A DNA stretch of 64,000 nt from Takakia lepidozioides (GCA_030704615.1 CM060733.1:74648001-74712000); one strand, 5' to 3'; shown: positions 12,388 to 25,477, numbered from the stretch's first letter. A program made the numbers and translations. The notes: generated by a model not told the origin, from the sequence alone.

Positions 12388-14528
12388 ATTGTTGGTTCGT
12401 TGCCAAACCTATATCAAGGTCTCAATCTACGGTGGACCTATATATGCGTTCCATTGTCTAGAGCTGAGCGGCTCCATTAATATAACTCTATTCTCCTGCT
12501 GGAATATTCAACTGATTTCAAGTGATGACCTCTAATAATTAACATATGATTTGAAACAAGTATCTGTTTTCTAATGCGGAATGGTTTTGATGTCAAGATG
12601 TTGTGTACTTTTTCAATCTAGATTCTCATGACATTCAGAGAGGCCTATGCTCTAGAGCTCAAGTTATGTTGGCCAAAGTGTCATTTTATGAAGTGAGAAA
12701 ACAGGACTTCCCCCAAAAGAGAGTGTGTCTTTGCAAACTTAAAGTGAGGTGAGCCCCTATGAGAAAGTGGAGGTAATAAGCAACAAACCCCATAGGAGAG
12801 GTGAGCTACTAACCCCATCCACTAGGTTTTGGTAGCCCATTTAGCAAGTTGGGGAGCATTCCAAGAAAAGAAGAGGAGTTTTGTCCTTTGTTCATTTCTA
12901 TGTGCTTGAATGTGTATGTGTTATAACCCTTTTGACAAGTCCCACTAACCATAGGAGTGAAGAGAGTTTGGGAGGGAGAATACTAACCCCACAGTGGCCA
13001 AGAGGCCCATGGATTTGTTTGTGATTTTTAACTAAGAGTGGAATGGATCTAACCATGAGGGAGCTCTAATATGTGGGATTGTCTCTAACATGGCTTGTGG
13101 GATCTACTTACCTTGGCCACTAGGCCTTTTGTTTTGTTGGTACTAGTTAATACTATGTATTGTTGGTACTAGTTAGAGAGTATGAGGGAAACTAACCAAG
13201 CTATGTTTGATTAGGTGTTCATATTTTCCATTGCTAGTTTTTTTTGTTTGAAGTGAGTGTGGGTGGGTGAAGCTTAGTTTTCCCTAGGTTCACTACACTT
13301 GACCATTAACATCTATTTGTTAAGCCCCCATGAGAGAGAGAAGGTGGAAGAACTACCACGTAGTTTTTTGTTTTGTTTTTTTTTTTTTTTCATATTTTGT
13401 CGCTGGAAATTTCATATGCTTCCATAATTCATTTACAAACCTAAAATCTAATTCCCTATGGCCTCCCAAGCTTGATAAAGCTATGGAGGACCATAGCTAA
13501 CTTGTGGAATAGGTAGGCTAACCCCAGCCATTGTTTTTCTTAGGCGGACTTGAAGATCTACCATGATAACATATGATGGGCAACCCATAATGGAGGCGCC
13601 AAATGGGGATAAACATAGCAATAGCCATGGCTTGGCTATTGAAAAATGGCGGGCTGCAGCCACGCAACTTTTGAGGCGTTGACCCCAGTAAGTTAGCAGT
13701 AGCACGACACGGGCTGCTGTATTAGTATCCACACTGGAGGCGAGCCCTTTAGTGGCGGGGACCGCGGTGCGTCGAAGAGACAGCAGGGCACGGACCGCCG
13801 GTCCGTCCGCCGCCCCATTTCTCGGCCTGTGGTGCCTCGCCACGTGGCCATGGGCGGGCGGGGGCCAGCGGATAAAAAGAAAGGGATTATCCAGTGGTAT
13901 GAGTTTTTAGGGGGATCTTGGCTTAACAATTCTTTTTGGTAGGTTATTGAGTATTGGCCGGTAAGCGGGGTATTGTCCATCTTTGTTTTGAGCAGCTAGA
14001 GCGGAAATTGAAGGGGTTCAATGAGGTCCCGATGTCGTTTTTTCCATATGTAAGAGGTAAGGATTTGGTCCAAACCAAGACACCTTGCTCACAAAAAGAA
14101 GGACAGAAGTCCATTGCTTTTGGGAGGAGTAGAAGTGGGTTGGAAATGGAAAGATAACCATTCTCACCGACACTTGGCATTTTGGCCCACCTAATAGGTG
14201 ACGTATCCAGAAGTGGTCCCATCGTAGGATTAAATAGAGTATTAACTAGCTTGTTTTGTGGAATGAGGAGCAAAAGGATAGTGGGCACATGAATGGATGA
14301 ATATTGGATGACATGTTGCCATTTATCATATGCTGGATGAAATCACAGGCTGGGGGGTTTGAACTTGAGATCTCGGGGCTATGATCAATTATTCAGGATC
14401 TTAGGGGGGGTGTTTCGACCCTTTGGGCGACCTCCCTATGGATTCCACTTGACGGTTGGAGTTTTGGGCAAGATAGAGGGGCTGTTGGCACATCTAGGGG
14501 ATGATTTGTTGTCCATTAGAGAGCTAAG

Positions 14529-16320
14529 TTTTTTTTTTTTTTTTTTTTTTTTTAAATATTTAGATAAGAGGGACGGAGGCCTCAAAACTTTATAGATAAG
14601 GACGAGAAGTCTGAGAAATACAAGAGGAGAAAATAACCTCATATGAAATGCCATGGAGGCTGATCAAGAAAAAAGGAAGGGGAGGGGAACAACAGGGGCA
14701 AGAGGAAGCCACTGGCCGAAGGGGGAAAAGTGTAAAAAGAGAATCAGCCTAAAGGTGAAGCAAGATCAGAGCAGGCAGGGATCCGCAGCCAGCAGTTCGA
14801 AGCCTGAGAAGCTTGATCGAAAGAACCACATAAGAAGCGCTAAGCATGCTTAACTAGAATACGGAAGTCTAAGACTGACTAAGCAGGAAACCAAAGTCTA
14901 ATGAGATTAGAGAACAAAATGACTTGCAGACAGCAGATCCACAGAGCCACAAGCCACTAATTGAGACTACCAAATGAAAGTTGAGCTTTGGCTTTCCCCT
15001 TTCTAAAGGATCTAAGGTGCCTCCAATTAGCCTCGGGCTCATTCCCACGTATGGGGGAGCGCTTGGAGCTAAGAGAGCTGCCAGTCTACCGGGATATGGT
15101 CGTTCCATTGAATCCTCGAATCTAAAAGTCTGGTGCAGATCCTCCCACCTTTGCCCTAAGTGTTGTCAAAATCATGCAAGAGCTTAGCACGCCTCCTTTC
15201 TCCGCATCTGCAAATAGCTGCTCCCAACACACCCCACGCCTTCCGAGCCTTAAACATAAGGTCTGAGTGAGACTTAAACAACACAGCCCTAACACAGATC
15301 GACCTACCCGAATAAACGAAGGCACACCTGGCCTTCCACAAGTTCCATAATGTATGAGCCCGGAGATTAGCCCAAACTAGGCATTTGGACCACATCTCTC
15401 CAGCAGAGAAGTTCAGAAGCACGACAGCCATAGACAAAGGTTTCCAAGCAGCATAAAAGGACAAAACCTTTATCTAGGTAAAGTTGGTCAGAGGGCATGA
15501 TTAAAAGCAATGCTCCAAGGTCTCAGGGCTCCCCGATACACAAGATAAACAGGATGAAGGGGAATTGGGAAAACAGACCCGAAGAGGCAAGATACGGTTA
15601 ACGAGTTTCCAAAGGAAACCTGAAATTTTAGCAGCACGGTCCTTCCTCCACATATCTTTCCAGATTCATTTCCACGAGGTAGGGCAATCCGACAGGTGTG
15701 ACCATTTTCTGGTCCATTTGAGATCCATAGAAATCACAAGGTTAAGTAAGGAATAACCAAGCTTAACAGTGTACGCAAAGAAAGGAGAGTGAAGTCTATC
15801 CCTCCAGAACATTCCCTTGGGTCAAATTGCAGCAAGGCCAGAGGGGCTTGCAGAAACCACAAGAAAAAAAGATTAGTGTGACACCCATTATCAGTTGAGG
15901 GGTTTACCACTCCTGTAGCCATGCAAATAACCCAGATAGCATAACACGAGACCTCCAAAACCGAGGCGGGACAGGGAGAGTGAAGGAAACCAGAACCAGG
16001 GGATTTGAACATCCATCTCTGCAGCAGAGAGCCATAGCGTGATAAGGCAAAGAAGGCAGCTTTGGAAGAGCCCGAGTCGTAACCAAGCCAAACTGGGAGC
16101 TGTCTCCAGTTAACAGGGTTGGAGGAAAGAGAGATCCACGAAGCAGGCAGGTTTGCGGTGACAGTCTCCCAACCTGCTATCACTCTTCTAGGGGAGAGGA
16201 AGGATTGAGCCACAGTAGGGGAGATGAGAGCCCCATTTTCCCAGAGGTGGAAGAAATTCGAGATACCTGCAGACTCCCAGAAAGCCCAGCAGGGCAAGCA
16301 CTTAACCAAAAGCTCTAAAT
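14529..16320 (-). mobile_element. L1-type LINE 3' fragment with poly(A) tail
   Basis: Minus strand CLSCVSGSPETLEHCF*SCP (zf-RVT-like) and LWNLWKARCAFVY; T25 run at 14529-14553 is the A tail. Confidence 0.75.
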
Positions 16321-16647
16321 CACGGTTATAATTACCGAAAAGAGGTTGTCTTAGAGTGGGGAATGCCTCCGCGTGAGCCTGGCCGCGTCACGCGGCCGTG
16401 TGAACGTGTGAGCGCAGCCAAGTTCACGCCACGTCAGCAGTTCCCGCCACGTTGGTTCTCGCCAGCGTAGTTCACGCCACGTCATTCTCATAGGCATGGA
16501 CCTATAACCGTGGACATAATAGCGTGAAGGGGCCCTATAGCCGCGGACTTGAGCATTCGGCACATAGGGAACCGTATATTTGGGCCATGAGAAGAAGTGC
16601 AGAACAAAGGGTTGGAATGAATGTTACTGAATGATTGTGTTTGAGGA

Positions 16648-16830
16648 CAACCAAGTTGTAGCCCGGTGGTAATGGGCACACCACCCTTGGAAGTGGTTGG
16701 GGGTTCAATCCACCCTTGGTGTGACAAAGGTGTCCACCTTCCTAATGGAAGGCAGTAACCCTTTGGGGTGAAGAGACACCATAATTTACGCTTCCTTCAA
16801 ATATTATATTATATTAAATATATTATATTA
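16648..16830 (+). mobile_element. tRNA-derived SINE-like sequence
   Basis: A-box-like TAGCCCGGTGG and B-box-like GGTTCAATCC at tRNA spacing; (ATATT)n tail. Confidence 0.5.
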
Positions 16831-17119
16831 TTGTGTTTGAGACCAAATATAGAAGAATGGTTGTGGATGAATTAATGAGGATGAAGGAGAATCAATGTGG
16901 ATGACACGCTCAGAATATGGATGAAATTTTGCGGATGAATGATAATGGCTGAATGTTGGACGACAAATTGTGGATAAGAAGGAGTGCGCACCTTTCTTTC
17001 ACCATGGTTCATAAATAGAAGAATATAATACCCAACCCTTCTTCCAATAGCAGCTGAACCCCACTATCTTCCGTCCACATCGAAGTCAAGATCTCACCGA
17101 GCCAGTGGAATGAAAAGTC

Positions 17120-17828
17120 CAGTGTTGGGCGGGTATATGAATTACCTTGATATACCCGGCGGGTATATCAGGGTATATTGATATATATATACCCTGGTGT
17201 GGCAACTTTAGGTACCCGGATGTATACCCTTATCCTTATATTTACTCTGCATCAAGATGCTGAATATACCCTACTTTCTGAAAGATATATAAGGGTATAT
17301 CTAATCAGGGTATATAAGGGCCTTTATTTGCCTTGTTGTTAGGGAGCCTTGAGCTATAAGAAAGCTCCAATCACAACTAAAACAAATGCTACATATATAT
17401 CATTCTTAAAATGTCATGTAACCCAAACAATACCTCTTCAAATCTTGCATATATATATAAAAGGAAACCTGACAGCCCACAATTTAGGTCCTTGAGGGGG
17501 GGATTTATTAATTATTATTATTATTTTCAAGGAAACCTGGGAGCGACAGCCCACAATTCAGGCCCTTGAGGAGGGGGAAAGATTAACCCCCTTTCATTTA
17601 TGGGCCATGAGACCTACAGGACGATCAACGCCCAGACATACCATCACGAACAATCCCACACACAGGGCAGGTTATATAGAGATCTGAAAAGTTAATTTAC
17701 CCATACCTGGAGGGTAAATAATATTTTGAGATTTCAATTTATCCATACCCGGAGGGTAAATGATTTGACAAAAATAATTTACTTATATCCTAAGGGTATA
17801 TTGAAATCAATATACCCGCACAACACTG
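17120..17828. mobile_element. Non-autonomous hAT-like element, internally deleted inverted copy of 44965-46843
   Basis: CAGTGTTG...CAACACTG ends; GGGTATA/TATACCC subterminal repeats; degenerate 8-bp TSD gaaaagtc/aaaaagac. Confidence 0.8.
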
Positions 17829-17879
17829 AAAAAGACATTACAAACTACAGACTTTTTTATATATATATATATATATATT

Positions 17880-18075
17880 CCCCTGGCTGGTTGGAAAAAT
17901 AGTGTGCGGCGCCGTACACCCTTTCTGCCCATTAGAAAAACACCGAATTCGGGACCCAAAACCAGTGTGCGGCGCCGCACACCCTTTATGCCCATTAGAA
18001 AAACACCGAATTCGGGACCCTAAACCAGTGTGCGGCGCCACACACTGTTTTGGGGTCCAACCAACCAGAGGGGGG

Positions 18076-18113
<38 letters not shown>

Positions 18114-18352
18114 TCCTTGGCTGGTTGGAAAAACAGTGTGCGGCGCCACACATTGTTTTGGGGTCCAACCAACCAGGGAATTTTTATTTTTATTTTAAAT
18201 TTTAAATTGTTTTCCCTGGTTGGTTGGAAAAACAGTGTGCGGCGCCGCACACTCTTTTTGCCCATTGAAAAAGACCGAATTTGGGACCTCTCCATGAGCT
18301 TGGTGGGGTCCCGAATTCGGTGTTTTTCTGTAAGTAGAAAGGGTGTGCGACG
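17880..18352. repeat. Repeat cluster of palindrome GTGTGCGGCGCCGCACAC with AAAAACACCGAATTCGGGACCC / AACCAACC units; resumes at 43138-43180
   Basis: At least 6 palindrome copies are visible; the last is split by the retroelement insertion. Confidence 0.85.
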
Positions 18353-18679
18353 TGTCAAGTTATTTTACCACTAGTGTGAAACTAGCTAGGAAATAGCTAG
18401 CTTTTACATATTGACATTTGGGATTGGCCCAAGTGTCAATCCAGGGGTCAAGGCAGATTTAGGCCCTGGAGTGGTTATTTTCACGGCAAGCGTGGGAGGC
18501 TCATCTTTCTCGAGTTGAGCCTCACCGCGCCTAGCTATGGCGCCGTAGTGTGGATTCCCCATGGCGTGGGGTGCACTTGGCTTGACTTGTATTTGAGTGA
18601 TGAGTTTATATATGCATGAGTTTATGCTTCAGCTTTGTGAGCTCGCATGAGCTTGTGCTCGTATTCTTCATCTTTATCA
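18353..18679 (+). repeat. Terminal repeat A1 (TG...CA, 327 bp)
   Basis: Repeated at 42642-42948 (with an internal inversion) and at 47908-48234. Confidence 0.92.
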
Positions 18680-18695
18680 CTCGAGAAAGATGAGC
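18680..18695 (+). promoter_or_regulatory. Putative self-priming primer-binding site
   Basis: CTCGAGAAAGATGAGC immediately after ...TTATCA is the exact reverse complement of 18499-18514; no TGG-type tRNA PBS is present. Confidence 0.6.
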
Positions 18696-20044
18696 TCGTA
18701 TCTGTGAGTGCCAGATACGAGTTAGTTGTAGCACTTATGGTTTTTGCTTGAGAATGAGAGAAACCAGGTTAATATGTGCACTGTGAAACTCTTGGTTGTT
18801 AGAAGCGGAGACGATGTGGGTTACGAGGTGGTAGACCTTGGCATTCGATCTTCAGCTTCAGAGATGAAAGCACCATGTTGCAGGATTGCAAGACCAAGCG
18901 AAAGGGCTGATTTGGCTTGGGGCAAATCAGTGCACTTTGTGGAGTATGTTGAGATTGGGTTTCAATCTCGAGCTTCAGCATTGAGAGGGCCCTTGTCATG
19001 GCAAGAGCAGGGCTAGAACAGGAGCTAAGAGGTGCGGCAAGACCATGGAATGTGCACCTAGGGTTTCAGAGCTTGGAAGAATAGCTCTTGCACCACAAGA
19101 GGAGTATCTTGTGGCTGGAAATGTAAGCCTTAGGGTTTCAGGAGCTTGGCAAGGGCTGTGGAGTGCTTAGTCTTGTCGTAGAGAGCATCAAGGAGCTAAG
19201 GAGCCAAGATATGGGGCTGATACCTCTTGTGTGGAGAGGTTGCATGTGTTCAGCTCATTGAAGCTTCCATCTTCAAGCTTGGAGGGCAAGCAAGGAAGAG
19301 GGAAGGGCTGACTTCCCTTATGTGAGAGCAATGCATGTGTGGAGCATGCTTTCAGCCTGTTGAAGGCTTGTACTTTCAGGTTTGGGAGTGCAAGAAAGGA
19401 AGGAATGGACTGGTTTCCCTGTAGGGCATGTGTGGAGCATGCTTCCAGCCCGCTGAAGCGTGTATTTTTAGGTTGGTGGGTGCAAGAAAGAAAGCAAAGG
19501 GGCTGATTCTCTGGTGGTGAGAGTGGGGCATGTGTGGAGCATGCCTTCAGTCCATTGGGCTTTTGTTTTCAAGCTTTAGAGAACTATAAGAGAAGGTAAG
19601 GGGCTGATCTGCTCTTATGTGACAGTCCGACACTTGTAGAGCGTGTTCTGAGTTGGGGTTTCAACCTCAAGCCTAGATAGAGCATGGCTCTTGAAGTGGC
19701 AGGTGTAGGGGACTGGAATAGGCTCTAAGACAGATGCTATGGCCAAGGGAAATGCTTGAATGAGTGCTCACAAGGGTTGGAAACCAGCAAGGCTTGGTTG
19801 TTTGCCATTGAGTTTAGTGGCGTGTTTGGGGAGTCTAAGTGAGAAAGAAGGCTTGGTTTGTGGCAACCATCTTCCTCATGGCTTAGGGCTACTATTGGTG
19901 GTGTGTGGGAGCCGAAAGAGCAAGAATACCTTGCTGATTTCTTCACAGCCGCCATAGCTTGGTGCAAAGAAGCCTAGAGTCCAAGAGACACAAACCCTAG
20001 CTTGGCGTGGCTAAACCCCTTGGAGAAATGGCTAAACTGTCATG

Positions 20045-20330
20045 AGTGGCCTGTGGGGCTGTGACGGGCTGTGGTGGGCTGTGCCCTGTGGCCTGTGGGG
20101 CTGTGACGGGTTGTGACACGCTGTGATGGGCTGTGAGGGGCTGTGACATGTGGCCTTTGGGGCTGTGACGGGCTGTGACAGGCTGCGGCCTGTGGGGTTG
20201 TGACCCTGTGACCTGTGTAGGGCTGTGACAGGCTGTGGCCTGTGTGGGGCTGTGACGGCTGTGACCAGTGAGCTGTGTGGGCCTGTGCTGGTCTGTGGTG
20301 GCCCGTGTTGGCCTGTGGACGGCCTGTGCT
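20045..20330. repeat. GGCTGTG(AC) low-complexity array in retroelement leader
   Basis: Many ggctgtg/ctgtgac units are directly visible. Confidence 0.9.
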
Positions 20331-21002
20331 GACTCGTGGAGGCACTGGTGGACTGCCTAAGGACTAGCATGTGGTCTTGAAGGCCGAATTTTGAAGCTCG
20401 TGGAGGGCGGTTTGAGGAGTATCTTCATGATATTCCCATGGTCATGCAAGTGAGGGAAGAGAGGAGAGGAAGAGTGTTGGGATGAGGGTATGCTGGGGTT
20501 AGGCATTGCTTTAGCTTCTCTTCCTCGTAGTTTCCACCCTCTCATTAGGCCAAGACCTTTCCGTAGGTGGAGGCAAGAGTCAGTCCGGGTTTGGGCTGGG
20601 GTGTCCTTGCAGGAGCAACACCGTGGAGTTGTTTTTGGTGTGGGGGAGTTGTCGTTCTGATTTCTTGTGTTTGGATCCCCTCCATACCTGCATGCTTGAC
20701 TGTGCGCCATGCTAGTTTTGTGTGGGCGCTTGTTTTTATAGGTGATTGGTCCGGATTTGATCACCAGCCAGTCCTAGAGCATGTTGTCGATGGTGAGGCT
20801 GGGGTGATGACCAGCCAGACCATCATTGTTTCTCCTGTGGTGAGGTTGGAGGTGATGACCAGCCAACCATAGGAGTGTTTGCGGTGGATGCAGGTACAGG
20901 TGTAGGCTATGTTAGGAACTTAGTATTCCAAACCATAAGCCGCAACAGGTTCTCTACCCGGTTACCTTGTGGAGAGGGGGTTAGGGACATGTTCATGACC
21001 GG

Positions 21003-23500
21003 TTGAGTGTCAACACGGAGGTGCCACTAGTTGCTGGGGACAGTGCCGGTTCGAGCACTAGCGATACTAGTGGGTACACGAGACGAGGTGTGCGGTTTAG
21101 GCCACCTTCACCTCCTGTGTCTTCTACGGAAGGTTCTGATTCGGATTGTGAATCAGGAGGACTCATACCGGCGGTGCAAGTTGTTTCCTTGCCATTGTTG
21201 TGGGACACAATGGAGGAGATGTATGGAGCTACCAAGGGGCCACGAAGGTACTCTGGGGCGGTGGGCACCATCGAGTTGGATGATTTTATCCAAGAGTTTG
21301 ATAGTTGGTGTGATTTGCAGCAAATGCGCAATCCACAACTATTTACGCCTTTCATGGCATGGAAGGGGCTGTTTTAGCACCTTGAGGGGCCGCCTATGGA
21401 TGATTACCATGAGTTCAGGTGGGGGCATGAGGTTGAGATCGAGGAGTGGAGGATGTACTGGTCACCCAACTATGTCTCCATCACTAGGGGCACTAGAGCC
21501 ACGAGGGCAGTGGCTACACCTGCCGCTGCACCGGCAGCTTCAGCAAGCAGCAGTGGGACTAGTGGGACTGGTGGTACAGTAGTTACGACGTCCACCCAAG
21601 CCACTACCGCACCAGCACTAGTACCCGTGCTTGCCTTCAACCCTGTTGTGGAGTTCTTCGAAGAGTTGAGAGGGAACTACCAAGGGGTGAGGACAGAGAA
21701 GTTGCGGAGCTTGCAAGAGTTCCAACGGAAGCCGACCGAGAGCTTGAGGGAGGCTTTCACTCGCATGAGGCGCTTGATAAATGTAACCCAAGGGGTTACG
21801 GAAGCTCAGGCAGTCCAATTCTGGTATGGGATATTGGACAAGGAACTGAGGAGAAGGGTGCGGGATGCAACTCTCCTACAAGCGGCCCAACCCACCTTAG
21901 CAAATGTGTTTTTGCTGGCAGAGCGGATAGAGCTCAACATGGTGGAGGAACGAGTGGTCATGGTGGGATTTGCTAAAGAGACACCACGGGGTAGTGGTGC
22001 TCCTAGCCAACCACTACCTCAACGTGCTCAAGGCAACAAGGGGGCCCAGGTGAAGCTCAGGGAAGGGCAGAGAGGCCCTCAGATGCAGGGGTCTCTCCCT
22101 TCATTTGCTGGCCAACAACGGGCGGATGTGGTGTGCTGGACATGTGGAGGACCCCATGTCAAGAAGGATTGCCTAGAGGGAGGCAAAGGGCCTACACAGT
22201 TGCAATGTGGGCATTGTGGCAAGCACGGGCATGGAGAGGCCTAATGTTATGGTTTGCACCCTGAGTTGCGCCCAGGCCAGTTCCAAGGGAACAATGGTGG
22301 CCGGGGGTGAGGTGGAGCAGCCCAGAGAAGACGAGGTGGCCAGGCATGAGGTGTAGGCCAAGGGCAAGCTCAACATGGCCAAGGACGCGGAGGTCAGGGT
22401 GTTGACCAAGGCATGGCCAACCGGCTTCAGCAGCTAGAGCAGAGGCTCGCCGCCATGGCTACAGCTCAGGTGGTACCGGCTCCAAGGCCGGATGGTCCAC
22501 CTCCTGCTCCTGAGGGAGGAGATATGGGAGGCATGGGATTCATGTGCGGAGCAGCATTACCACTAGTGCAGGTGGAGTCTGCTGCAGCCGTGACTCGAGG
22601 AGCAGCATGAGTTCCCAAGCCATGAGGTGCAGAGGTGGAGTTGGATCCACAGCGTGGGGAGGCAAGCCATCAGGCTAGGCACCCTCAGTCATTCACATTG
22701 GCGGAGACAGTGTCGAGGCCATCCATGGCACTTAGTTCTTGCCCGACTGTTACCGAGGCGGAGGTTACTACGCCATTGGGGAGAGCTACACGGGTAGCAC
22801 CACTACCTAGTGTTGCCAAGGCTACTGCAGCTAGTGTGCTGCTGGGAGCGGCCACATCTGTGTGTCAGGCTCCATTGTTCTTGGCTACCATGATTGTGAC
22901 GCCGGGGGTAAGACCGGCTGAGGTTCGGGCTGGCAGCTACACTCTGTGAGAGTGGGGAGGTTACTTCATCTTCTACGGAGATAGTGGGAGGTGTAGTGCC
23001 GGAGGGATCCTCGGATTTGAGAATCAAGACTGCCACGGCGGCGCCATGGCAAGCTGCAGCTGCCAGCTAGGCCAGCCATTGAGCTCGCCATGGTGACACC
23101 TGGAGTTGTCATGTTAGACAACCAGGATGACATTTTTTGTTTGAGTGGACCGGCAGGGAAGAGATACCGGCCACTGCGGGTCTTGTTGGACTCAGGAGCT
23201 CAGCCATTGATGCTGGGCAGAGCTGCTATTGCAGGCTTGGGCCTCACGGAGGCGGATATGGAGCCTTGTCCTTTCTAGATACAGACGTCTCTGGGAGGAT
23301 CGGAGCAGGCTCGGGGCATGACACGGCGTGAGTAGGCTATCAGACTATGGCTGGATCACCCTACAGATGGCTCAGTGATGCAAGCCAAGGCCATTGTGAT
23401 AGACGCGGTCTCGTACGATGTCCTGGTTGGTGGGGTATTGTTGTACCCCATGGGCTTCACCCTGGATTTTTGGGAGGAGTCAGCTTCCTATAGGCCTGGA
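21003..23500 (+). pseudogene. gag: Gag and aspartic protease, disrupted
   Basis: Zinc knuckles CWTCGGPHVKKDC and CGHCGKHGH; protease LLDSGAQP...YDVLVG. Confidence 0.88.
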
Positions 23501-23899
23501 TGGTAGTCAGGGGAGGGCCGGCGTGTGCAGCTCCCTGTGACGTTCATAGGAGGAGTTGCGGTTGCCCAGCGAGGCAAGATGCCGACACTAGCAGCATTCA
23601 CAGCGGCAGTGAGTTGGCCTAGAGAGTTGCTTGAGGGCAACGCTCATTCAGAGGATGCGCCATCTCCGGGAGAGCAGGATGACATGTATGGTATGGCGGA
23701 GTTGCCTACCATGGTTGCTCAGACTCCATTGTGGGGCACGAGCAAGGATTTGCAGTGGGTTGCTGATCGACGGGTGCAACAAGCCTGGGTAGAGGCTTTT
23801 GTACCGTCAGGAGAGGAGGAGAGTGCGGGGATTGCACCAGGACCACCTCAATTGTCTCCATTGGACACCACATCTATTGTGTGGCAGTATCCGGATGAA

Positions 23900-24850
23900 G
23901 GCATTTGTCTTCTGGACTTGTTTGGCGGGATCAGCACCGGATTGGCTGCTGTGTTACAGGCAGGTGTACGAGTTTGGCGTTACCTATATGTGGAGAGGGA
24001 TAAGACTGCACGACGCATTTCACTTCGCCATGTTGCTTAGTTGGTGTAGCGGTACCCTGAGTTGTTGCCGGTGTCTACAGTTCGTGGATATCAGCAGGCC
24101 TTGCCAGCAGATATTTCGTTGCTGGGGGCACAGGATTTGGAGCGGGTTGGCTCCATTGATCTGGTAGTGGCAGGTTGGCCCTGCCAATGGCATTCATCAG
24201 CCAGGCATGGCAATGGATTGCGAGACTCGAGGTCGGGTCTGTTTTGGGAGATGGTGTGGGTTTTGCGCCACTTGCAGCTTCATCAAGTTGTATCTCCAGC
24301 ATACATCTTGGAGAATGTGCCACTGATGGGCGATTCTCAAGCCAGGGTGATGGCCAGTGTGCATCAAGTCCGGTCGTGGCTTGGGTCAGCAGTGTTGCTA
24401 GATGCAGCTACAGTGGGGTCACGGGCTCATCGTCCACGGCTATGGTGGACTAACTTGATGCCACCCGCACTGCTCAAGCGTGCATTTGATGGGGTGCAGC
24501 GGCCAGCACATCTCATAGTGGATAGTATTCTGGACACAGGGAGGCAGTCTCAGCGTATGAGACATGATGACCGTTCGCCTTTGGCAGTGGTCAACAAGGT
24601 GGGTCAACCACGAGCAACATTACCTACACTGCTCAGCTTCCCAGGATCGCATGCTTTCCGGGATAGTGGACCTGGCCTCCTGTGGGATGCTCAGTTGCAG
24701 CAGTTAGTGGAGCCTAATGTTGACGAGCGTGAGCGGGCAATGGGTTTTACCACTGGTACCACGGCGGTGTCGTCTCTTTTTGAGGCATCACGTTGTCAGG
24801 TGTTGGGGCAAGCAATGGATCTCAATTGCTTGATCTGGATTATCAGCTTG
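23900..24850 (+). pseudogene. C5-cytosine DNA methyltransferase domain within pol
   Basis: Motifs in order: I LLDLFGG, II YVERD, IV IDLVVAGWPCQ, VI ILENV, VIII AHRPRLWWTN, IX ERERAMGF, X LGQAMD; TAG stops near 24038 and 24047. Confidence 0.93.
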
Positions 24851-25477
24851 GCTATGGCTGAGCAACGCAGAGTGCGGATTACGCTTCCCTTGATGCTCTC
24901 TCTGCCTACCGAGACGGTCCAGGTAGTGAGTGGGGGCAAGCATGTGAGGACCACGGGGTGTATGCATCCATGGCACACGTGGGAGGTGCTCGAGGTTCAG
25001 AGGGAGTTGGCAGCCAAGGTGGCGGTGATAGATGAGGTTGGGGATTTTTCTCGGGTGGAGGAAGTCCTTGAGGATAAGATGATGGGGCAGGATGAGGCCT
25101 TGTCACTGACTGAGCAGGTAGGGAGTACTACTCAAGAGGTTGCAACATAGCAACCACTGGACGCGTCCTCTACCTCTAAACCCACTGGACTTAAGGTTGC
25201 AGTTACGGAGGACAATTGGGAGCCTGACATGAGGTTTGCTATTTCATGAGCATGAGCGGCATGAGCAGAGTAGTAACACAATCGGTTTTCATGAGCAGAA
25301 GTACAAATTTCGAAAATTAAAAACAATAAAAAACAATAAAAACAATAATTTAATGCAATGTGTCAGGAAAAACAAATATATTATTCGGCCCCTTGAAGGG
25401 AAAATTGCACTTTTGACAGTTGTGCTCATGAAATTTCGTCTTCCGCTCATGCCAATTCCCAGCGACATGTGCAAATA

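Noticed and set aside
12400-14500. Possible further elements (GC-rich block near 13700-13900 loosely resembling 47160-47540)
   Set aside because: No termini, TSD or coding motif could be fixed by eye.
16648-16730. tRNA gene (also considered at 46174-46245)
   Set aside because: A/B boxes are present but there is no convincing acceptor or anticodon stem; treated as SINE heads.
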